Assembly (NCBI GenBank): GCA_000743035.1
Contig: CP008936.1
Location: 480,001 to 512,000, forward strand
Source: Candidatus Paracaedimonas acanthamoebae
Lineage (GTDB): Bacteria; Pseudomonadota; Alphaproteobacteria; Caedimonadales; Caedimonadaceae
DNA: 32,000 bases
Direction: 5' to 3'
Below the pieces are notes generated by a model. That model was not told where the DNA came from. It worked only from the letters and a program-made list of their open reading frames with translations, and ran no database searches. This document shows, piece by piece, positions 1-7,700 of this stretch (positions are counted from its first letter, which is position 1; each line of letters starts with the position of its first letter). The position numbers and the translations under genes are program-made.

Positions 1-1
1 T

Positions 2-400
2 TTAGATGTATTATTTTATAAAAGACTCGCGAAAGATACATATGCTGTTAATGTTGCATTAAAATCTCGCAGTAAGAAAACTATGGAAATTGATTGCATC
101 GTGAATGCGAAAGCTACTGAAGAAAAATTTTTTTGCGAATGTAGCATATCAAATATAAATGTTACATTCATCTCACCTAAATTAGAAAATCAAGAATCTG
201 AAATAAAAAAAAGATTATCAGGAGCTGCTATTGTAAAGGACGCGCGTTACTTTTTCTACTTTGATGTAAAAGATCATATTGAGATTTTCAAGCGATTAGC
301 TGGCTTTACATCTAAGTCAGATCCATACTCTAGTTTTTTGCCATGGGTTAAAGTTGAAGTTAAAAGATTATTAAGTGAATATATTTTACATGACGTATAA
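2..400 (+). CDS. C-terminal part of a hypothetical protein, open to the left window edge
   Basis: The frame is open from nt 2, with no stop before the first ATG at 83, to the TAA at 398-400. No recognisable motif. Confidence 0.4.
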   Translation, partial: LDVLFYKRLAKDTYAVNVALKSRSKKTMEIDCIVNAKATEEKFFCECSISNINVTFISPKLENQESEIKKRLSGAAIVKDARYFFYFDVKDHIEIFKRLAGFTSKSDPYSSFLPWVKVEVKRLLSEYILHDV

Positions 401-598
401 TAAATTTAATCATGCATATTTTTATATATCTTCACATTTTATAGTTCTAAAAAGTAGTTTTCACTACTCAACTATTAAAGCCCGAATGAGGTGTAAAGCT
501 CCCAAATTTAGTACCAGGGGGTCGTGTAGTTTTCCGTGTTTTTTATGAATAAACTATATTCATTAGGCGTCATATTTTTTTGATCTTGCTACAAAAAT

Positions 599-1474
599 TT
601 AGACATTGTGAACTGAGATGGTTTGATTTTTGTAATGATTGTATTCCCACTGATTTGGACTTTGATAGTTGAGTGTCGAGTGCCTCCTTTTAGAGTTATA
701 AAATGTGAATATGTATTCAAAGATATCGGTTTTTGCTTCTTCTAAAGTTTTATAGTTCTTAAAATAGACATGCTCTGTTTTAAGCGTATGAAAGAAGCTC
801 TCCATTGCAGCATTGTCATAAGCACATCCTGTTTTTCCATGACTCAGTTTTATTCCATGAGTTTGAGCTATTTCATAAAGGTTATTGCTTGTATATTGGC
901 TCCCCATATCAGAATGATGAATAAGCCCTGAAGGAGGTCTCCTTAATAAGAGAGCTTGATTAAGTGCTGCTAAAATTAAAGAACTTCTCATGTGATCACT
1001 CAAAGCCATTCCCACCACTTTTCGAGAGAATAGATCAAGAATAATAGCCAGATAAGCCCAGGTTCTATTGATGGCAATAAAAGTAATATCTGCGGCCCAA
1101 ATTCTATTAGGAAGAGGAGAATAAAAATTCTGCTGAACGAGATCCTGGGTTGGACGAGTGATATTTTCTGAACGTTTTGTTGTTTTAACAAACTTCCTAT
1201 ACATCTTGGCTTGGATATCATTCTTCTGCATCAATCGAGCGACTTTAACTCGAGAACAAAAAGTTCCCTGAGCACAAAGTTCTGCATGGATCCGAGGACT
1301 GCCATAAGTTTCTCGGCTCTCCTCAAAAATAGTCCTCATTCTTTTAACAGTCTCAGTGTTCTCCAGTTCTCTCTTGCTGGGACTCCTTTTAATAAAATCG
1401 TAATACCCACTGCGAGAAACCCCTAAGACTTGCGCCATCTGATCCAAGGAAAATAAAGTGGTATGATGCTTCAT
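599..1474 (-). CDS. IS3-family transposase OrfB (DDE/rve catalytic core)
   Basis: 291 aa. DDE contexts WAADITFI, HHSDMGSQYTS and YDNAAMESFF. N-terminal LGVSRSGYY HTH. Translation identical to 28957-29832. Confidence 0.95.
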   Translation of the reverse strand: MKHHTTLFSLDQMAQVLGVSRSGYYDFIKRSPSKRELENTETVKRMRTIFEESRETYGSPRIHAELCAQGTFCSRVKVARLMQKNDIQAKMYRKFVKTTKRSENITRPTQDLVQQNFYSPLPNRIWAADITFIAINRTWAYLAIILDLFSRKVVGMALSDHMRSSLILAALNQALLLRRPPSGLIHHSDMGSQYTSNNLYEIAQTHGIKLSHGKTGCAYDNAAMESFFHTLKTEHVYFKNYKTLEEAKTDIFEYIFTFYNSKRRHSTLNYQSPNQWEYNHYKNQTISVHNV

Positions 1475-1522
1475 GAATTCGTACCTTTGCCTCGGGGTTC
1501 GGAGAAGATGGCAACTGCTTTC

Positions 1523-2887
1523 CTAAGAAACTCCCTGTACCAAGTCCTGCATTTTATTCTCTTGCAATATATAACCTAAAGCAGCAGCTCGCTTTGATAA
1601 GTTATCAAGAACCCGCTTTTGATATCGTGCCTCATAGTAATTGGCACCTGGATCAACATATTGCATTCCATAACGCAGAGCATTAAAAAATAATACTGCC
1701 ATTTTTCTAGCTGTTGCAGTAATTGCCTTTGATTTACCAATGCGAGCCGAGAGTCGTCTATAAAACGCACCAAGAGCCGTATTTGTCTTTCCAATTGTTA
1801 CAGCAGCCAATCTTAATGCTGCTGCCGCACGACTTGAGGAACGCCGTGTTCGTGATGATAATACTTTCCCTCCTGATACCTTATTCCCTGGAGAAAGACA
1901 TAGCCAAGAAGTAAAGTGCTTGCTGCTCGGCCAGCGAGACATATCAGTGCCACATTCTGATATTAATTTTAAGGCTAATGAAGGTCCAACACCGTGTATT
2001 TGTGTTAAGTCCATTCCTAATGCTTGGTAAAGGGATGCTCTTACATCAAAGCTTAAGCTATTAGGTTGTTTAGTGCGATGCCTGGCTTTGGGTAGAGGTT
2101 GATCAGGCAACTTATTATCTTTTCCAAGCAAGCTTAATGTCTCTTCTATTCGACGATCACACTCATTAATTTTTTGTGTGTAATAATCGAATAATTCAAC
2201 AGCTTGAGTTAAAGAAAACAAATGCTCTTCTTGATAATTACCCTTTAAGGATTCCTCAATAGTTTTAATGGATTCCTTACAACGTATGTCTCTATGTTCT
2301 GCTAATACAGCAGGGCAACGTTCACCATTCATAATCGCACGAATGATCTTCATGCCTGTGGCTCCCGTTATATCCGATACGACATGATGCAACTGTAAGT
2401 TCATTTGCATTAAAGCTTTTTGCATATGCTGGATATGAGAGGCTCTGAATTCAAGCATACGTTCACGTTGTCTAATATAAGCACGTAGCACAGTAATTTG
2501 TTTTTCTGGTCTGAAGCTAGCACGTAACAAACCAAATTGATGTAACCGTTGAATCCATTGCGCATCATTGACGTCTGTTTTACGTCCAGGAACATTTTTA
2601 GCTTCTCGTGGATTAACTAAAAATACCTCAAAACCATAATTCTCTAAGATCTCAAAAGCAGGAATCCAATAAATACCTGTGGATTCCATAGCAATGCTGG
2701 TGACCTCACAGCTTTTAAGCCATTTTGCCATAGCATGTAAATCTGTGGTAAAACTTTGAAACGTACGAACTGGTTCTTTTGCTTTATCACTCCCTACAGC
2801 AACAACGTGAAACTTAGCACCAATATCAATCCCAGCAGCATTTTGATGAATAATTGGCATACTGGATTGTCTGTTAGATTGAGTCAT
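1523..2887 (-). CDS. IS110-family DEDD transposase/recombinase
   Basis: RuvC-like N-terminus (GIDIGAKFHVVAV, IAMESTGIYW, KTDVNDAQ) and C-terminal HhH/Tnp domain (IHGVGPSLALKLISECG, SPGNKVSGGK). The ATG at 2887 follows AAGGAGAAGAGG; the ORF track starts one codon earlier at a GTG (2890). Confidence 0.92.
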   Translation of the reverse strand: MTQSNRQSSMPIIHQNAAGIDIGAKFHVVAVGSDKAKEPVRTFQSFTTDLHAMAKWLKSCEVTSIAMESTGIYWIPAFEILENYGFEVFLVNPREAKNVPGRKTDVNDAQWIQRLHQFGLLRASFRPEKQITVLRAYIRQRERMLEFRASHIQHMQKALMQMNLQLHHVVSDITGATGMKIIRAIMNGERCPAVLAEHRDIRCKESIKTIEESLKGNYQEEHLFSLTQAVELFDYYTQKINECDRRIEETLSLLGKDNKLPDQPLPKARHRTKQPNSLSFDVRASLYQALGMDLTQIHGVGPSLALKLISECGTDMSRWPSSKHFTSWLCLSPGNKVSGGKVLSSRTRRSSSRAAAALRLAAVTIGKTNTALGAFYRRLSARIGKSKAITATARKMAVLFFNALRYGMQYVDPGANYYEARYQKRVLDNLSKRAAALGYILQENKMQDLVQGVS

Positions 2888-2890
2888 CAC

Positions 2891-3120
2891 TTACCTCTTC
2901 TCCTTGTTTATCTATAGAATCAAAGAGCAGGGTAACGAATAAATCACTTTCCTAAACGGGGTTTGTACCTCCAATGCCGGGTTCGTTGTACTCCCTGGAC
3001 CATGTTTTTTAACGGGGTAATCCACCAATAAGCAGACGGCCGCTCTCTTTGATAGCTCAACTTTAGCAGTTAACGAGCGCGAGTTTCTATTTATTAGGGA
3101 AAGGGGTGCCATTTAGGTGG
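2891..3120 (-). ncRNA. Candidate bridge (seek) RNA in the IS110 left end, copy L
   Basis: Mirror of 27311-27540; see that feature and its finding. Confidence 0.4.
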
Positions 3121-3389
3121 TTTTTTAAGATATCTCGCTCCTGGCGAACAAGATAAAGCTCCCGCTTAAGCGCTCTTAATTCTTCCTCAACAACATGGCC
3201 ACTGCCAGGAAAACTTCTCTCTCCCTCACGCCGGTATTGTTTAATCCAGTGCCCTAAACTGGCACGCGAAATCCCTAAATCTAAAGCGATCTTCTCAATG
3301 CTCTTGTCATTACTCAAATAAACTTTAACCGCATTAATTTTAAATTCTTTATCGTATTTCTGGGTCATGTTCTCTCCTTTCAATAACAT
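3087..3389 (-). CDS. IS3-family OrfA (HTH) with its 3' end replaced by IS110 sequence
   Basis: 100 aa with an HTH (IEKIALDLGISRASLGHWIKQY) and a leucine-zipper-like tail. The last roughly 10 codons (NHLNGTPFPNK) read into the IS110 left end. Confidence 0.85.
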   Translation of the reverse strand: MLLKGENMTQKYDKEFKINAVKVYLSNDKSIEKIALDLGISRASLGHWIKQYRREGERSFPGSGHVVEEELRALKRELYLVRQERDILKNHLNGTPFPNK

Positions 3390-3434
3390 TAACCCATCTC
3401 GGTTCCTTGTGTCCGCTTTATTGTAGCAAGATCA

Positions 3435-3790
3435 TTCTTGATAAGATCTATAAAACGATCATAATGGACAAGCCTAGGGAATAAATGGCGATGATAACGA
3501 CATAAGTCCAGATAAAAGTATTTAAAACAGGCCATTCCAGATTGATGATAAGCAATTAGAATTGTGAGAACTTCAGATAATGTTAAATGCCCTTCTCTGC
3601 GGCGCCTTATCGAATGGTCAGATAGTAATTGCTTCTTATACCAAGGCTCAAAGCCTTTACAAAAGTTATCGACACAATAAAACAATTTATCGTAATTTAT
3701 CACCATTGAGGTAGCTCCCTATTTTTTCAAATCGAGTTTACCTCAATACCCCCAATACTTTAACTATTATTCCTTATCCACAGTTCGGGT
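3435..3790 (-). pseudogene. IS982-family transposase, N-terminal remnant plus left end
   Basis: MVINYDKLFYCVDNFCKGFEPWYKKQLL...LTLSEVLTILIAYHQSG...FKYFY is a typical IS982 N-terminus. It is cut at 3434/3435 by the IS3 end, so the tail of ORF 3389-3706 is IS3-derived. Confidence 0.7.
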
Positions 3791-4033
3791 TAACATACAA
3801 TACACTCGATAAACCCTCTTATGATTCCATCTATGGCCCATTTGCCGAATCTTTATAAATAATTTCTTAAAACCATAACGAGGATACCTTTCTGTCAGCT
3901 CTAATAAAGTGCTCATAACATCCTCATCTTTTTTATCTGCCGGCTGATAACGATAAACTGAACGACTCAACTTAAGAGCATAGCAACTCCGTCGATAACT
4001 AAGTCCATGTGTTGACACCAGATAATCAACCAT
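3791..4033 (-). pseudogene. IS3-family OrfB, 5' fragment
   Basis: MVDYLVSTHGLSYRRSCYALKLSRSVYRYQP...YPRYGFKKL...WNHKRVYRVY is a typical OrfB N-terminus. No DDE core follows. Confidence 0.75.
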
Positions 4034-4053
4034 CTCTCTCTTCTCAGCCGGCT

Positions 4054-4320
4054 TTAGAGCTTTTTTTCAATCAAATCCTTCAAAGCTCTTGCCTCAAGTG
4101 AAAGATCAGCAAACATTCGTTTCAAACGGTTGTTTTCTTCTTCCAAGAATTTGAGACGCTTCATATCCAGGGCCTCCATCCCTCCATATTTTGAGCGCCA
4201 TTTAAAATACGTGGATTCAGCAATCCCATGTTCCCGACAAACATCTTTTACTAATCGACCTGATTCAACAGATCTCAAAATCCCTATAATCTGATATTCA
4301 CTAAAGCGTTCTTTCTTCAT
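4054..4320 (-). CDS. IS3-family OrfA (HTH)
   Basis: MKKERFSEYQIIGILRS...GIAESTYFKWRSKYGG plus a leucine zipper. The ATG at 4320 is preceded by AAGGAGG. The ORF track extends upstream to 4368. Confidence 0.85.
   Translation of the reverse strand: MKKERFSEYQIIGILRSVESGRLVKDVCREHGIAESTYFKWRSKYGGMEALDMKRLKFLEEENNRLKRMFADLSLEARALKDLIEKKL
4060..4066 (-). promoter_or_regulatory. A AAA AAG programmed -1 frameshift heptamer of the IS2-like remnant
   Basis: The orfA frame reads att gaa aaa aag ctc taa. The -1 frame continues KKALKPAEKREMVDYL into orfB'. Confidence 0.7.
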
Positions 4321-4713
4321 TCCGTTCCTCCTTTTCTTTAACCATACCTTCTCGGAGAAACTACACAACTTAATGGAGCTATTTTAGGGGAGAATTACAG
4401 AGGGTTAAAATAACTCTTATAAAAATTAATCTATTTCAGTTTAATCCATCTGATTCTGTAAAAAGATAAATAAAAACAAGAGGATTAGTTTATTACTTTA
4501 AGACCAAATTTAATGATGAGGAAGTGGTTCAATTCCTGTAGAGCTCACCAAGGGGTTTCTTAACCAGCAAGAGATTTTCCTTTCGTCATAAAGATTAATA
4601 TCCAGTTTGCTGATTATGTCTGACAATTGGCACACAACATATTATATTTTTTAAGTGTCTCAAAAAATTTCATTTAACTTTGAAATATATTTCTCTTTGG
4701 AAAACTTTGTTTA

Positions 4714-7700
4714 CTAAACCGAAGGAGGCTCACATTTAACAATAGCTCGAACATCACTCTGCTTGTCACTAACCATTTTTGCTAAATGCTTGATTGTTGG
4801 ATTAGAGAAGCATTCACTAATTGAGAGTGAAACTCCATAATGTGCTTTAATACGTAGAGTTACTTTATTAAGTAGTAAGGAGTGTCCTCCAAGTTTGAAG
4901 AAATTATCTGTAGTTCCTACTTGTTTTACATTAAGAATCTCAGACCAAATCTTGCATATTTCTTCTTCAACCTTATTTTTAGGTTCCTCGCTTGCAACTG
5001 CATCTATTAATTCTTGCTGTTGTATAGTCGGTAGCTTCTTTCGATCAATCTTACCATTAACTGTAAGAGGGAAGTTATCAACTTGTATGAATTTTGTTGG
5101 GACCATGTATTCGGGGACTTTTTGTATAAGATAATTCTTTATGTTTACAAATAGTTCTCTATTTGATTTTTCACCTTTGGCTTCATCACGTATCTTTATG
5201 TAGGCAATTAAACTACACTCACCTGCGGCATTAGTATTGCAAATGACTGCAGCTTTTTCTATTAACATGTTGAGATTAAGCAGACTCTCGATTTCACCTA
5301 GCTCAACTCGAAACCCCCTTATTTTTATTTGATGGTCGCGGCGTCCTAAGTATTCAATTGTACCAGTACTGCAGTATCTTGCAAGATCCCCTGATCTATA
5401 CATTTTACTGCTCTTATTGCAATCTGTACCAGTTTCTGAGGAAAATGGGTCAGTAATAAACCTTTGTTCTGTCAATTCAGGTCTGTTTAAATAACCATCA
5501 CTAACCCCATCTCCTCCTACATACATCTCTCCTATAACTCCTTCAGGTACTGGGGTGAGGTTGTCATCAAGAATATAAATTTTAGTATTATCTAATGGAG
5601 CACCAACTGGAGAATAAGGAGATCTTGAGTCTATGTGGTTTTTAGTAAGTTTTAAATAGGTTGAGTAAATAGTAGTTTCGGAAATGCCGTACATATTTGT
5701 CAGTTGTTGGTTTTTATCATGATAAGCATTCCACCACCACTCAAGCTTAGAAACTTCCAACTTTTCTCCGGCAAGAATAATATGCCGCAATTTGAGGTTT
5801 TTACGGAAATTAGATTGATTTGCAAGTATGAGAGAATCAAATGATGAGGGGGTTTGTGTTAAGATGGAAACTTCCTCTTTTTCAAGAAAGCTTAGAAATG
5901 CTTGAGTATCTTTTTTGATCTCGGTAGGTACAATAACTAGTTCCCGGCCATAAAGCAAAGCTCCCCATATTTCCCATACAGATAGGTCGAAAGTAAACGA
6001 GTGGAAAAGGCAAAAAGTATCTTCCTTATTAAAGTTGAATAAATGCTCACATGCACGGAATAAAGAAATCACATTTTTATGGCTAATAAGGGAGCCTTTA
6101 GGAAGGCCAGTTGACCCAGAAGTATAAATAATATAGGCGGTGTTATCTAGGGAAAATGATAATTCTAGATTTTCCAATGGCTGTTTTTCTATTTCTTCGT
6201 TATTGCCATCTAGGGTTATAATGATATTTTCATATGATTCATATCGATCTTTAAAAGAATTATTTGTTAATAATAATTCTACATTAGCGTCTTTGAGTAT
6301 AGAATCTATCCTATCCAGAGGATAAGAAGGATCTATAGGAACGTAGGCTGCTCCTGTTTTCATAACCGCTATCATAGCAATAATCAATTCAATAGAACTT
6401 TCTAAGCTTATAGCAATAAGTTTGCCTTTATTTGCTCTTTTCGTAATAAGGTAATGTGCGAGCTGATTTGATCGCTCGTTTAGCTGGCTATATGTTAAGG
6501 TACGACCATTAAAACGAAGACAATTCCTGTGAGGATATTTAGAAACTTGGTCTTCAAATATCTTAATTATATTTTCTTCCGGAAGATTAAAAGATAAATA
6601 CTCATGATTAAACTTCTGAAGAATATTATTTTTCTCTTCCTGTGAGAGTATAGGTAATATACTTATCTTACTACCAACATTATCAACAATACTGTAAAGA
6701 AGAGTTATGTAACTCTGCAGAAGATTAGAAATAGTATATTCCTTGAATAAATCTTCTGCATATTCTGCTTGAATTTCTAGCTGAGATTCTTGTTCTTGTA
6801 TAAAGATGGTTAAATCAAACTTAGAATAACTTCTTCCTTCCTCAGTTATTTTTGTCTTTATACCATCAAGATGTAAGAATTTATTCCAATCTTCTCTTGC
6901 AGTAAATAAAAGCTGGTATAAGGGGTTGCGATTTAATACACGGGGGATATTAATTCTCTTCACAAGCATATCGAAAGGAACATCTTGGTTGTCCTGAGCT
7001 GATGATAGAGTTTCTTTTAATGCTTCTAATACTTCTAAGAAGCTCATTTCTTCGCGTAAGACTAGGCGCAGAGGCAGCGTATTCATGAGCAAGCCAATTA
7101 ATTTGTCAGTGCCAGCATATACTCTACCTGAAACTGGCGTTCCTATGATTAAATCATTCTGATGTGTATAACGATAAACCAATACATAGAATGCTGAGAG
7201 TAAAACAGTGAATAAACTTGTATGATATTTTTCTGAGAGCTTTCTTAGTTGATTGGTTAGTTGCTGAGGAATAGCATGAGTAATAGTTTTACCACTATAC
7301 GATAAGGTTTCTGGTCGCTCAAAATCAGGCGATAAAGTAGTCAGATCTGCAGCCTGAGAGAGATGCTCTTGCCAAAAGCTAATTTGCCGTTCCATGGTGC
7401 TTGGTTTGAGAAATTGCCTAAACCAAGACGAATAGGCTTTATAAGTAAATGATGCTTCTGGAAAAGAGAGGGAAGGAACTTTTCTCAGCTTATTATATGT
7501 TTCAGAGAGCTCATCCAGAAATAAAGTTATTGATTGCCCATCAAGAATAATATGATGAAAATTTAGAACTAAAATATGATGATTTTCATCTATTTTAATA
7601 AGGCCTGCTTTAAAAAGAAATGGCTTAGTTAAATCAAACGTATGAAAAATAGTTTCATTAATTAAGCGCTCAAGAATTTTACTTTTAGAGCTACCATTAT

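Larger units (their letters stand above)
1521..3120 (-). mobile_element. IS110-family IS nested inside IS3 copy L
   Basis: Mirror of 27311-28910. Long 5' non-coding end, and the transposase stop lies 2 nt from the element end. No terminal inverted repeats, as is usual for this family. Confidence 0.8.
581..3434 (-). mobile_element. IS3-family insertion sequence, copy L, interrupted by a nested IS110-family element
   Basis: Perfect 14-bp terminal inverted repeats TGATCTTGCTACAA at 581-594 and reverse-complemented at 3421-3434. orfA (HTH) plus orfB (DDE) layout. Exact mirror of 26997-29850 (coordinates sum to 30431). Confidence 0.9.
3791..4399 (-). mobile_element. IS3-family (IS2/IS407-like) remnant: left IR, orfA and the 5' part of orfB
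   Basis: The terminal sequence TGTAATTCTCCCCTAAAATAGCTCC (reverse complement ending at 4399) resembles the IS2-type IRL. orfA and orfB' are linked by a frameshift window. orfB loses similarity near 3790, where the IS982-like end begins. Confidence 0.7.

Noticed and set aside
1000-2595. Short ORFs inside the IS copies (1000-1221, 1211-1426, 1576-1794, 1723-1914, 2410-2595 and their mirrors at 27836-29431)
   Set aside because: They are antisense to, or out of frame within, clearly recognisable transposase genes. They have no motifs or start signals and are artefacts of long coding regions.
2912-3112. 66-aa ORF in the IS110 left end (mirror at 27319-27519)
   Set aside because: It lies in the non-coding end, where this IS family encodes its guide RNA. 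It has no SD, an Arg/Pro/Leu-rich low-complexity translation, and it overlaps the chimeric orfA tail.
4524-4550. tRNA/tmRNA 3'-end-like string GGTTCAATTCCTGTAGAGCTCACCA
   Set aside because: The T stem does not pair (AGTGG versus CCTGT) and no upstream arms exist. It might be an old att scar, but the support is too weak to call.
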